A stretch of DNA of 64,000 nucleotides from Thalia democratica (taxonomy: Eukaryota): the NCBI GenBank assembly GCA_965202585.1, contig OZ241826.1, positions 74,090,001-74,154,000 of the forward strand, written 5' to 3'. Positions 1 to 12,909 of the stretch are shown here, piece by piece. Below the pieces are notes generated by a model. It was not told where the DNA came from and made no database searches. It saw nothing but the letters and a program-made list of their open reading frames with translations. A program made the translations under genes and the position numbers. How positions within the stretch are numbered: position 1 is the first letter of the stretch; the number at the start of each line of letters is the position of its first letter.

Positions 1-163
1 ACCTGGGTATTTATAATAGGTCAAAGTTTTCTTTGTTTTATTTTTGCAAAAGGTTACATAAAAATTCAAATTCTGACATATCAAATTCTTGAAAAATAAT
101 TGAGAGTATCTCTTAAAAAATAGTGTATATTTGTAAAAAAAAACCTTTGTAGGTATTATTAGT

Positions 164-445
164 GGGCAGCTGTCAAATTCGCGCGATCATACAAAATTTC
201 ACGAGTGCACAAAATTGCACGATGAGACTTTTGCACGAGCAGACAATTTTGCACGGTGACAAAATTGCAGGGGTTGATTTTTTTTTAACTTATCTTTTAG
301 TTTTTTTTTTTTTTATTCGCGTGCGAAATTTATCCTTGGTGCTAAAATGTCTTCATGCAATTTTGTCTCCTCGTAAAAATTTATCTTCGTGCAACTTAAT
401 GACCTCGTGCAATTTAGTAACCTCGTGCAATTTTGACCCGTTCCC
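164..445. mobile_element. MULE/Foldback-type MITE with TGCACGA subterminal repeats
   Basis: Starts GGGCAGCTGTC and ends GACCCGTTCCC. TGCACGA arrays on the left face TCGTGCA arrays on the right. Exact 9-bp TSD ATTATTAGT at 155-163 and 446-454, a length typical of Mutator-like elements. Confidence 0.8.
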
Positions 446-944
446 ATTATTAGTATCTACAAGTGATTTTTTCTTTTTTGAAAAATTTTAAATACTTTTA
501 TGAAATATTTAAAAATTACTAAAAACTACCATATTAAATAACTTATTTTAGTCTTATTTCAAAATTTTTTGAAGTTTTGCAAAAACTTTTAAAATGCTTT
601 TAGATATTATAAAGACCCACACACGTATTCTTATGTTTTAAAAATTATTTTTTGATATACGGTTTTTTATATAATTTTAAGTTTTGAACTGTCAGAATTT
701 GATTTGACTAAATTAAAACAGTCGTGCACTCTTTGTAAATCTTTTGTCTAGTTTAAGTGCATCAGCTAATTAACCAATGAAATAAAAGTTTACCTTTATT
801 TCATGTTTCGTTTTATTAAAGTTAAGTAGACATTCAAACTTTTTCTGGTTACTAGTTTAATTTTTTAACTCTTTTTATTAAACTTAATGAAAAATTTTAA
901 ATACAGAATTAACAATATTTTTGAGTACAAAAAATATCTTAGTA

Positions 945-2495
945 AGGATAGGAAGTACTTTGGTGATGTTTGCTAGACTTATGAGGACATATGATTGAGA
1001 TATGTTTTTCCTTGATTAAGAAAATTCTTTAAAAATATTCAAAAACATTGAAAAATAAAAAGTCGCTGCCCAAAAAACTAATTTCAACCCAAAAAACAAA
1101 ATATTTTTCGATTTTTCGATTTAAACAGTAACAAAATCACCTATACGCGTCTTAGAATTATAGTTTATATCTTAAATAAAAGCTTACAATTATAGGCATA
1201 AATTAGAGACATTTCAACTGCTTTTGATGCATTATGACGTCATTATTACGCAAAATATGAAAATTTTATGTACAAAATCCTAATTTTATTTAGTATAAAG
1301 CAAATTCTTCTGCTGTTTTTAGTAATATATTTTTTGATTTTGAATATAAAATGTATGGAGTCATCGAGCTAGAAAGATATTACTGATATATTGTCATTTT
1401 AATTGTATGTATATATATATATAAATTTTAAATCACTTTTAGTTATTAGAAATTATAATCATTAAGAGCACTTGTCTAAGAATAAAATATCTAGACCTAT
1501 ATGTCATAGAAACTGCATGTAAATTTATTAACATTAGTGTAAATTTGTTATTTAAATATAAAGAGTTTTTATTTAATTAAAAAATAATTATTTATCTGTG
1601 TTAAGGTTCTTTTTTAGCTAAGTATGTTATTTTTTCCACATCTTTATTAGTTTAAGTTTATAAAGTATTATACATTTAAATTAGTTACAACTTAACTTGT
1701 TAGTTTGTTTAAATGTATTAATTCTCTAATTTAAAGGCTTTGTTACAAATCCTTTTAAGTTTAAGCTCATAGCAGTTTAGTATTACTGTATTTACTTATA
1801 CAAGTGCTACTTACATAACTGAGCATTTAGCATGGTATAAAATTTTATCTGTATCATATTTAAAAGTCTATACCGTGCTAAGAAATATAATAAACTTACA
1901 TGCAGTTTCTATGATGTATAGGTCTAAATATTTTACTCTTAGACAGGTGCTCTCTACAACCAATATTTCTAATAACTGAATGTGATTAAAACGTACTTAT
2001 ATATATATATATATATATATCAACCTGCAATTAAAATGACATTACATCAGTTATATTTTTCTGGTTAGCTGGCTCCACACATTATATATTAAAAATTAAA
2101 AAAAAACTTAAAGTTAAAACAGCAGAAGAATTTGCTTTTTATACTAGAAAAAAAGTAGGATTTTGTAGACAAAATTTGCATATTTTGTCTAATAATGACT
2201 TCATAACACATTAAAAGCAGTTGAAATGTCTGTAATTTATACCTATTATTATTTGCTTTCATTTAAGATACAAACCATGAGTCTTGGACACGTATAAGTG
2301 ATTTTATTACTGTTTTAGTCGAAAAATATGGGATTTTTGGGGTTGAAATTAATTTTTGGGGCTGCAACTTTTTATTATTAATGTTTTTGAATTTGTTTTT
2401 AGATTTTTTTAATGAAGCAAAAACACATCCATATCATATGTTTACATATTAATTTTATATAATGACCAAAAAAATGTGCTGCAATCCCTACTCCT
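945..2495. mobile_element. Long-TIR (foldback) non-autonomous MULE-type element
   Basis: About 985-1530 is the reverse complement of about 1890-2470. Termini resemble the family consensus GGGGTAGGGAGTAC. Flanked by ATCTTAGTA at 936-944 and 2497-2505. Confidence 0.7.
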
Positions 2496-2701
2496 AATCT
2501 TAGTAAAAAAAAGTTGTTATTTTTAAGCGACAAAACAGCACTAAATTATATTTAAAAGCTTACTATAATGAAATGTAAAACAAGCTTACTATACTATTGT
2601 ATTTATATGTAATGAGAAAAAAAAAACTATTAAAATGTATCTGGTTGAATACTTATTTGGGCAAGTATACCATGGACTATATTTGCTATAATACTTATAT
2701 A

Positions 2702-2995
2702 CAGGGTTGCCACTTTACCTGGAAACCTAGAAAAACCTGGAATTTGACAGTTTAGCTAAAAGAAGCCTGGAAAAACCCTGAGTTTAAATAATTTTGAAAA
2801 AAAATCTGAAAAACATAGAATTTCGAACAAAGATCACTAAAAAAACCTGGAAAAATCTGGAATTTTAATACCATTTTCACATGTAGAGTAGTAAACTTCA
2901 ATTTGGTCTTAAATTCAATTTTTTAACATATTTAAATTAGCTTAACAGTATTTTTTCAATGATTTTATACTATTTAACACAGTTTCTTACCTTAA
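2702..2995. mobile_element. Truncated CAGGGTTGCCA-family MITE
   Basis: Left TIR CAGGGTTGCCACTTTACCTGG and AAAACCTGG subterminal repeats match the full copy at 4546-4988. The right end was not found. Confidence 0.6.
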
Positions 2996-3045
2996 ACTAG
3001 TTACCAACAGAGCTAGTATTCCCCACCCCAAGTGTTGTATTAAAA

Positions 3046-3401
3046 CAGGGTTGGCAGCCTTTTATAAGTCGCGGGAAATCTTTTTAGAAAATATTGCTCG
3101 CGCTCCGCTCAGTTTAGAAAAAGGCTTTAAAAATATAGTTGTAATAATCCATACAGAAATAATATTTTAAACCAAAATGTAATAAAATAAGCTATAAAAG
3201 AGCCCAAGTAATGCGTAATTATTTAAATTATAGCCTAGTTGTAAGTTTTCACCAGAAAAACTTTTTTGTTTTCTATTGTTTTTCTATTGTTTTAAAAAAG
3301 TGTATTATTTATTAGATTTTAGCTGAAAAGTACCTCGCGGGCCGCAAATTTTGACTATAAGTAACTCATTTGGCCCACAGACCGCAGTTTGCGGATCCAT
3401 G
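3046..3401. mobile_element. hAT (Buster/Charlie-type) MITE, CGCGGGCCGCA family
   Basis: Ends CAGGGTTGGCAG and GTTTGCGGATCCATG, internal CGCGGGCCGCA motifs, imperfect 8-bp flanks TATTAAAA/TATAAGAA. Homologous to 27210-27558. Confidence 0.65.
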
Positions 3402-4545
3402 TATAAGAACTATACATTAATAATCACTATCGTGGTTTACAAAATGAAATTATATTGATAAAAAAAAACATTAAGTTTTATCATACTATAAATAACTAGA
3501 AATATTTTGAAAATGGCTTTGTTTAAGCTTTTAATTTGATAACTATGTTTCATAACTAAATTTGATATCTGTTAATAGTTTATCATTAAATGGTTTTTGT
3601 TTTTAAATTATGTTTAACATTTTTATTTTTTTTACATCTAAATTAGTTGAAAAATTAAAAATTGTTATATATTTTTGAAATAACAAATAAAAATTTTCAG
3701 AAACCTACTTAAAGTAGTTTTTAAAAGTTATTTTACTAATATGCTAACCAAGACAACGTTTGTTGTTGTAATGGGTTTGAGACTCCTGTTTCTATACAAT
3801 AAAAATAAGATAGTTTCTACATAATTCTTAGTCTATAATTAATTAAATATTGTTCATTAGCTAATAAGTTATTGTCGAGTTTTAGTTTAATAATATATAA
3901 TTTTGCTTCTAATTTATTTTTACTTGTTTTTTATTTTCATAGTTGTTATACAAAAGTAAAAAACTAAGTACAAGTTAAATTTTTTTATTTTACTCTTATG
4001 AGGCATACGAGCCAAAAATAATAGTTTTTTTTTACTCAAAAATATCTTTAAAAAGTTAACACTTACCGTCGAAGGTTATCTTTAAACTTTTCTTATTAGA
4101 TTGATACTTATAACATTAGGGTTTTATTTAAAATTAAAGTGACGTTACAGTTAAACTTTAAACTTATGTATTATGTATATTGCTATATCGCAAATAATTT
4201 TGTTTAAGTAAAATATTTATTTAAATGACGAATTTAACTGTTGCTCTATAAAATTGTAATTCTTTTCATTGGATGCAATTTGAGAACTTTTATTTTTATT
4301 TTTTTAATTAAAATAAGAGTATATATTTACTTACGAATGATAGTAAGCATTTTGATACAATCATTATTATATTTCATTGAACGACAAAAACCAAACTCAA
4401 AATACTTTGTTCTAAGACCTAGTACACAAAAAAACCTAGTTGCACACCACAAATATCTGGACAAATACAAGGAGTGTTTGTAGATAGGGTTGCTTGATTA
4501 CTTTACAAACTCTTGTTTTTTTTTTGCTTTTTTTTTTGATATACT

Positions 4546-4988
4546 CAGGGTTGCCACTTTACCTGGAAACCTGGAAAAACCATGAAAAACCTGGAATTTG
4601 ACAATTTAGGCAAAAATAACCTGGAAAAACCTGGAATTTGAGAAATTTTGAAAAAAAACTGGAAAAACCTGGAATTTTGATCAAAACACCTGGAGAAACC
4701 TGGGACTTTTAATAATTTTAACATTTTCAGTACTAAAATTTCAATTTGACACAAAAAATATATCATATAAATAAGATTTTTTTGTCATCATCAAAAAAAT
4801 TTTTTACTAAAAAACACATTTAAAGTAACTTTACAGCATCTTTTAAATGTTTTTGTACTATTTAAGACAGTTTCTTTTATAGAAATTAACTTAAAACTAA
4901 AAATAGAGCCAAAAATGTTTACTTTTAAAAACCTGGAAGAAATTTGGAAAACCTAGAAAAAATTTATAAAAAACGAGTGGCAACCCTG
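4546..4988. mobile_element. CAGGGTTGCCA-family MITE (full length)
   Basis: TIRs CAGGGTTGCCAC and GTGGCAACCCTG. 6-bp direct repeat TATACT at 4540-4545 and 4989-4994. Confidence 0.8.
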
Positions 4989-5434
4989 TATACTGGATCA
5001 AGTGTTTTTTGCAAGGATCTTGATCTTAATTTTTAAAACAAATCCGAACCCGATTGGGTCCAGCCAGAAAATCCGGCGGGGTCAAATTAGTTAATGGAAG
5101 TAATAAACTTTTAAAATTTCAAAATTTATAACACAATGTAGTTTAGGTGACACAAGTATACTGGTAAAACAACAACATTAGGACTTTTATAATTGTTATA
5201 AATATATATTGTAGTAATAAATTGTTGCTATTTTTAAAATTAGCAAACTGTGGTCTACAAACATGCAAATTTTGAAACTTTTAAGGATATTTTGGGATAA
5301 TAGGTTGAAAAGTCAAATATAAAAAGGTTTTTAGTTAAATTGAGGAAACATTTTAAGCTAACACCAAACATTCTGGGTTTGCAATGTGTAAAAAAAAAAG
5401 TCACGTTTGAACAAAGACAATCGTGAACCGTGAA

Positions 5435-5784
5435 CAAGGTTGCCATAAAGTCAGGGATGTCAGAAAAATCAGGAAAAACGAAAAAAAAGACAAAAGTCAG
5501 GAAAAAATGGGGATTTTCGAAAAAAAAGTCAGGAAAAGTCATAAATTTTGATATAAATAATCTTTTAATAAGAAAATTTACCATCATCAAATAATGCATT
5601 TTGCTTATGTTATTTTCTATAAAAAAACCTTTCTCAATTCATCTTTCTTCATGGCCTAATTGAACTTTTGGACTAAATTAAAATCTTCTAAGTCTTTAAT
5701 AATGTACTTTTAAGTTAGCTTTAATAAAGAATTTGGCTCAGAAAACTCAGGAAATGTTTTTCAGCTTGAAATGTGGCAACTCTG
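5435..5784. mobile_element. Related MITE subfamily (AGTCAGG subterminal repeats)
   Basis: Ends CAAGGTTGCCA and TGGCAACTCTG, with near 6-bp flanks CGTGAA/TGTGAA. Confidence 0.6.
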
Positions 5785-8465
5785 TGTGAACTTGAGTTTT
5801 TTTTCTAAATTTAGCTTGCAGCCACCACAAGCATGCCAGCCGATTTAATAAAATTTAACTACAACAATGAAAGCTTAAATTTACTAGATTCGCATCCGAT
5901 ACTGGTTGAATCTTAATTTGAAAATAAAAATTAGGATCTGGAAGGGTTCTCAAATTGAAGAAAGAGATCTGGATCCTTATCCAGTAAAAAGCTAGTTTTA
6001 AGTTAATATTTTATTGTTGGTTAGTTTTTGGAGATACACTGATCACCACAATAACAACACAGTTCTTAAATAACTGATAAAAATTGATAAAATTACAAAA
6101 TACAGTTTATTGAAAGTCAAAAAAAAAATATGCTCAAAATTTTTGATCCTAGCAACCACAGATACCTTTTAACGTCTTGTCTAGGACATACTGATGAAGT
6201 TCAATACAGTATAATTTTTTAGGGTAAAAAAAATATATAAACATTTGTTTTCGACAACACTTAATTTTTTTCTTTAAAAAATCAAAGTCTCCCAGATATT
6301 TAAGCAATAAAATTTTAAAGCAGAATACCAATCACTAATTTTTCTTCATCTTACCGCTCCTTTTGCAAGATATCACCATATGCTGTTTACTAAGTGCAAA
6401 AGTTGCAATTTATTTATTTTACATTGTAAATTTTATACAAATTTATAATTTTACTTCTTTTAGCATAGAAGCTGGCAACGTTCAGCTGGCAAAAAGATTT
6501 AAACCGTCCCAAAATCCGGTACAAAAACATGTAAATTTATTCTTCTAAACTAAATTTCGAAACTTGCATTAGATATTATGGGGTTTAAATAAACAAACGA
6601 AAATCTATTAGGTACAGTTCACAGGGAGTTAAAATTTACGATAGATGTAGTAAAAATAGGCCACATAGAATTATTATTTTGTTAAAATGAACTCGATAAT
6701 TGAGCAGTTTCCTGGTTTAATAAAATTTTAAATGCTTTGGCACGCTGACTCAAAACCTTGGCAATCCCTTTACTGGTACTTGCAAGACTTTGAATACCAA
6801 AAAGCTTAAATATTGAAAATATTTACGTTCGTAAATAAGGACGTTCGTAGAACAAAAGAAAAAACGAAGATGCTCGAAATTTTTTTTGTCTAACGGCCTG
6901 GGTTCAGAAAGTGTAAAACTTAGCATAATGGTCTTTTACAAAACAAGTTAATCTCTCATTTAATTTAGGGTTGGAATGAAAGTATGTAAATAATGCATTT
7001 AACATTCACAAGTAATCAGAGAAAAGTGTATCGAAATTTATATATAAAGCTCTGTAAGTAAAAAAAAAGCATTTTTGGTTAAAATAATCTAAAACTGAAC
7101 ATTTTGCTAATCTATTCTTGATTTTAAGTTATTATCTATATTTATTTACCAAAAGGCATGGTAGCGTAGAAGTTTATCTTGTTTGTATTTTGTACTTGCA
7201 TTGAGTTAGAGATAGCAATTACTTTTAAAGTTTTAATATAAATTTTTTTTTATGTTACTTAAGATATAAATTCACCTGTGAAAAAAAGTAGGTTAAATCT
7301 TTGCTAGAACAATTTCAATTCAACTTAGAACTTGGAATGGCTAAGTTTTGTTTTAAAGTTAAGCTAGTATAAAAGTTGCATTAAAAAGATATTCCTTATT
7401 TAAGTGCATGTTTAATTTTCTTTCAATGATAACAAGACTTACATGTTTTACTAAAACATAAAGCAAGCTATACTCCATCTAAAACCCTTAATTTTTTATG
7501 CGTTTAAGATTTCTAATTTTTGTTTTGTCAAATATAAATTATAATTTAATATAGCTTAAAATAGACTTAAACAAATGTTAAAAAGTACTTCAAAACCTGT
7601 TCGAAATCTACTTGCTGAAAAATTTAAGATCATCGCACTTTGCAAGGAGAATTCAACATACAATGTTATTAAACAAAGTAAGATTCAATTTTTTTTTTAT
7701 AATTCTATGATAAAGTATAATTACCCAGTTATAACAGTAAAGTAATCTGTATACTATCAAAATCCACCGGCGTTCTGGCTGGATTTTGATCGCGGGTGGA
7801 TTTTGATCACAGGTGGATTTTGAACGTGTCCCAAGTAATCACTGTTAAAATATAAATTGATTTGTTCACTAGTATCAATTTTACTTCTAATTTACTAGTG
7901 CATTTATTAGTATTTATTGAAATTGAAGATTCAAATTATTTGGTAAAAGAGTTTAAAAACAAAGTTTTGATAAATTTTTTATACTGAATGTCATTTTTTA
8001 GATTTATTACATTACAAAACTATAAAAATTTGTAAAAAAAATTATAATTCCAATAAAATTTTATAAGAAAAAAAAAGAATGTATATATTTCATACCATTT
8101 TAAGTGCTTTCTTGATTAATATAAACATCCGGTGGTGGTCCGAAAATTTACTAATTTGACATTTTTTAAGTCTTGCAACGTTCGAAACAATATCACTGGT
8201 ATATTTTACATATTTGTTTTACTAAAAATTATAAAAATAATTTAGCTAAAATTTTATCTAATTTTTTATAACCTCTAACATACTTTTTATAAATAAAATA
8301 TCATTTTACTTTTGATATATGACCAGCAATTTTTTTTATATGTTAAAAATTAATTATAATAATTTTACTATCAAGAAGCAGTAACCTCTCTGAGTTCCTT
8401 CTGTTCTTAATTTTTGTTAAACTTATTTATTAAAGTTTTTCAAAGTCCATTGAAACAGGGACGCA

Positions 8466-10238
8466 ATGCTTTCTGTGTCCCTAGGTAAGGAGTTTTTCGA
8501 ACACCAAATGTACATAGTTTAAAAAAAATTAGCAGGGAAATTAAAAGCTTAAGGATAAAACTGACACATTTTATGCAGTTTGTTTTAAGGGGGAACGATT
8601 TCTTAAGCGTTCCTCTCCAAGCATCATCCTTATCTGACTTGTTTAAATGTACAAGTTTGAATTTAACTGAATTTGATCTGTTTTAAGCACTTTTAAAAAG
8701 TGATTTCTATCTTAAACTAATTAGTGCTAATTAGTTGTAGCTAGTACTTGTAATAATAACTTGTTATATAAAATTTGTACATTTTAGGAAAACTGAAACT
8801 TGGTGGATTGAAAAACTTGATTTTTGCATTGAAAACAAAGCATTGTATTTTAATTGATGAAGATAAAGAACATAAGATATGCAACGCTTTAAAAAGAAGA
8901 ATTGACGTTGACAACGTATTAGCGGTTTATTTCTTCGCGTACTTGTTTAAACTCCCAAGTTTATCCAAGCTTTCATTGAGGCTCATCGAACGGTGTTTCT
9001 CAATAGTTTCTGGTTCACCAGACTTCTCCTACTTGGACGTAAGATGCGTGGCAGAAATACTTTCAAGCGATGAGCTGGACATCGATTCGGAGATGGAAAT
9101 TGCCCACATTGCAGAAAGCTGGTTGCTGCACGACGATGCACGTTGCAAGCACGCGCGGCGCCTTTTGTCGAAAGTTCGCTTACAGCTGTTGTCGACTGCC
9201 GCCTTGAAACAAGTTCTGAACAAACCGTGTTTCAACGTGAGCATTTATGAAGCCGAAGTCGGAGAAGCAGTAGCAGTTCGGTACTGCAGCCAAAACAACT
9301 ATGACGTCATAGTCGGCGGAGGTTATACCACCGAAAGTAATTTTGCTTCCTTCAATGATGTTTACGGGGTCGACGTGAACACTTTCAATGCGAGAAGTTT
9401 CTCAGAATTTAAAACGGCGCGGTCCAAATCTAAGATGTTTTGCGTAAAAGGCCAGCTTTACGTTTTTGGCGGAGTGCAAGCCGTCAAAGGGGTCGACAAA
9501 CCGGTTATGTCCGTGGAAAAGTTCTCGCCTCGCGCCAACGCTTGGCAAAATGCAGCTGAAATGTACGATGGCCGACGTTGCTTCTCCGCAACCTGTTTCA
9601 TGGGCGACGTTTACATAATGGGGGGATTCTTTTGGAGATTTCAGAGAGGAATTCAAGCGGAAGCAACCAACTCTTGCGTGAAGTTCAGCTTCGAGAGCGG
9701 GAGGTGGACGGAAAAGGCGCCGATGAAAGTTGCGAGGCATGACGCTGCAGCCGCCGTCTTCCTGGGAAGAGTATACGTTTGCGGGGGATCGTTTCGCATG
9801 AAGAGCGGCGAATACTACGATCACGTGACTGACTCGTGGTCGCGCATGGGTGATTTGGTCGAGGGAAGACACGAACATACGCTGGTGGCATCGGGGGGTA
9901 AGCTGTTGGCGTGCGGCGGATTGTCAAACACTTCTGTCGAGGTGTACGATCATTCGTGCGACAAGTTTTTTTTGATCAGCACGCCACCGCAACTCTCTGA
10001 CTTGACCATTTCTTCCCCCGCCGAGGCCGTGACCGTCGGACGCAAGCTTTTTGTTTTTACCGGTTTCAGGGGCGCGGTTCTTGTCTTTGACACCGAAAAA
10101 GGCGAATGGACGGTGGAAAAGTGTAAATTTCGAAAGGGTTTGGCGAAGTACAGCTGCGTTAAAATGCCGCATTTTAACCAAACCGCAGCAAAAAACAACC
10201 ATCTGAACCAGAGATCGGCAAACTGCAATATATTTTAA
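8466..10238 (+). CDS. Kelch-like protein (BACK plus about 6 Kelch blades, BTB core absent); exons 8466-8484 and 8788-10238
   Basis: The ORF-track frame begins at TTG and has no in-frame ATG for about 100 codons. ATG CTT TCT GTG TCC CTA G|gtaagg (donor 8485) splices in phase 1 to ttttag|GA AAA CTG (acceptor ends 8787), giving MLSVSLGKLKL. BACK motif LSSDELDIDSEMEI..W..VRLQLL. Kelch GG/W motifs: LYVFGG..SVEKFSP..W, VYIMGG..W, VYVCGG..YYD..W, LLACGG..VEVYD. Confidence 0.85.
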
Positions 10239-11348
10239 TTAACAACATTCTCTTGAAAAATAAAAAACAGTTTAGTTAAACTACCGACAACCAGGCTTTT
10301 AAATTAGTAATTACAAGTGGTGTATTTATCCTTATTCTTTCACAGTTTTAATTTAAGACTGCTACAGTTATTTTGAACAACTGCGGTTTGCGATTCATAA
10401 AAGGCTGTTTCTTTGTTTTAACAATACTTTAAAAACAGTTTTGTTTGAATTTGAATGAAGCATAATTGCTTTAAAACATACCACATATGGTTTAACATTA
10501 TAAAAAAAAATAGGTGGTTAAGTTGAATAAAATTGCTACAACACCAAATTTATAAAAACTTAAATTAAGTAAGTATAATCTACAGAAATTTAACAATTGT
10601 AAGCAAAACTCTCTAAAACTTTGGACAGTTTATTGAATTTTTACTTAAAAAACTTTTTTTTACTCCATATTTCTTTTGACTTCGAATAAGCTTAATGTTA
10701 AAAATAATATACCTATTTTGTTTATTCACGTTGTTATTAAGTTAGAATTATCAAGGTAGTAAACTGTTTGACTAATGGTGTTACTGGAAACGTTTGTATA
10801 TTTTGGATATAGTGATGTTATTACAAAAACTTTGATGTATAGTAGATCTAGGTAAATAACATTTTCTATAGTTTTAGTGTTTACGTTTGATTCGCAGCAA
10901 ATTAAATATGCAACTGTTAACGTTTTAGAAAAAAACATATTGTACTCCTTCTTATCACATTAAAAAGAGACAGTTTAAAAAATATATTTATTAAATTAAA
11001 GTTTTATAGCATTATCCTTTTAATTTTTTTAATTCATTAATATATGTTTAACTTATTGAAAAATACAATTTTAAAAATACTGTTGTTTCATAAAGGAAAA
11101 CGCTTTAATCATCAGCTAGTTAAATTTAAAATAAAAAGCTAAACAGTTTACTAAACATAGATGCAAAAGTTATACAAAAAAAACATTATGACGTAATATT
11201 GTGCATTACAAAAATTTGGTACAAAAATTGATCTTCAAACTAACTAATCCAGGGGTCGGCAGGCAGTTTGTGCTTGCGGGCCAAATTTCAAGTTTTCAAA
11301 ATATTCGCGGGCCGCAGTTTTAGTTTTAGTGAAATATAAACAATTTAA

Positions 11349-12211
11349 GGGTAGCTGTCTAAGTTGCACGAGCGTACAAAATTGCACGAGTTCACAAAAT
11401 TGCACGAAGATACTTTTGCACGAGGGGACAAAATTGCACAAAGATTAAATTGCATGGAGATACTTTTGCACGAAGACACTTTTGCACGAGCAGACATATT
11501 TGCACGGAGACAATTTTGCACGGGTTAAAAGATTTTATTTATTTTTATTTATTTATTTGTTTTTTAATTTATTATTATTTATTTTTATTACTATCACTGT
11601 TAACATTACCCTCGGTCGGTAAGATTTTTTTTTATTTATTAATTTTTTTGTTAAATTTTTGAATTTTTTATTTAATTGTATTTTTCTACTATCACTGTTA
11701 CCCCTAACCCTTACCCTCGGTCAAAAGATTTTTTATTTTCTATTTAATTTTTTTTTAAGTTATAATTTTTATTAGCTATTTTTTATTTTTTATTTTTACT
11801 ATCACTTTTACCCCTAACCCTTACCCTCGGTCGGTAGCTTTTTTTTTTTAATTTGTTGTATTTGTATTTTTAAATTATAATTTTTATTATCAATTTTTAT
11901 TTTTACTATCACTTTTCTACTAACCCTTACCCTCAGTCAGTAACTTTTTTTTTTTTATTGTTTAATTTTTATTTTCATTTTTTCTTTAGTTTTTTACTCA
12001 CGTTGAAAAATGTAACTCGTGCAAAATCGTCTACGTGCAATTTTGTTCATTCGTATAATTTTGTACCCTCGTGCAATTTTGGCTTTGTACAAATTTGGCT
12101 TCGTGCAATTTTGTACACTCGTGCAATTTTGTACACTCGTGCAAATCTGTTCTCGTGCCATTTAATCGCCTCGTGCAACTTAGTAACCTCGTGTAATTTT
12201 GACCCGTTCCC
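11349..12211. mobile_element. MULE-type TGCACGA MITE nested in the hAT element
   Basis: Same termini as 164-445 (GGGTAGCTGTC and GACCCGTTCCC). 9-bp flanks ACAATTTAA/AAAATTTAA match at 8 of 9. Internal CCCTAACCCTTACCCT-containing repeats. Confidence 0.8.
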
Positions 12212-12909
12212 AAAATTTAATGGTTTTAGTTTAAGTCACTTTGAAAAAAGTTTTACGCAGCATAATTTTAATGATTTATAGCTGTACATAGCATACCTAT
12301 TTAAATTTTACTTATCTTTCGGACTAAAGTTTACGCTGACTAATAAAGCCTTAATAGTCTAAATAAACTTTTTACTATCTTAATCAGTTAATAAGTTTAA
12401 GTTGATAGTTTTATTTTTTTACTTACAAACTATCTCTGTATAAAACATAGAATTAAAAACATTTATGGGTCACTTTTATACATTTATTTTATTGTCAACC
12501 ACTTTTTTATTTGTTATTTACTTTTGAAAATAGCTTTTAATGTTTTGCAATATTTAAAAAATTCAGTAATTAGTACCTAAATAAAGTTAATATCCATTTG
12601 TATATAAAAAATAGAGTAAATTTTTTAACATAATTAATGCTAGACTACTTTAATAAAACACCTTATTGGTAATTAAATAGTCTTTTACATGGTTGCCATA
12701 TTTTAAGAAAAAATTCCAAGTTACATCAAATTTGACTAAGTTTATTAAAAATTGAAAAAGCCAAAAACTTGCAATATATCAAGCTTTTAAATTTTCAAAC
12801 TAGCCTGTTTATTTGACAACTCTGTTTAGAAATATAAAGAAATAACGAAGTTTATTAACAGCAAAATCAATATATACTGCAAAAAATATTATAAGTCAGC
12901 TAGAATGGA

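Noticed and set aside
162-491. 109-aa ORF, and similar ORFs at 11244-12281, 14798-15005, 18477-18720, 25868-26146 and 27461-27742
   Set aside because: They lie within MITEs; the open frames come from stop-free repeat units and have no protein-like motifs.
6670-6810. Minus-strand 40-codon open stretch LFGIQSLASTSKGIAKVLSQRAKAFKILLNQETAQLSSSF* after a possible AAG acceptor
   Set aside because: It could be a terminal exon, but no partner exons or recognisable homology were found.
9029-10228. Several minus-strand ORFs, plus those at 46263-47463 and the + strand ORFs at 59692-61894
   Set aside because: Antisense shadows of GC-richer real coding sequences (Kelch, RING, pol).
11690-11940. CCCTAACCCT as an interstitial telomere or chromosome-fusion scar
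   Set aside because: Only 1.5-2.5 units occur at a time, embedded in a TSD-flanked MITE; there is no tandem telomeric array.
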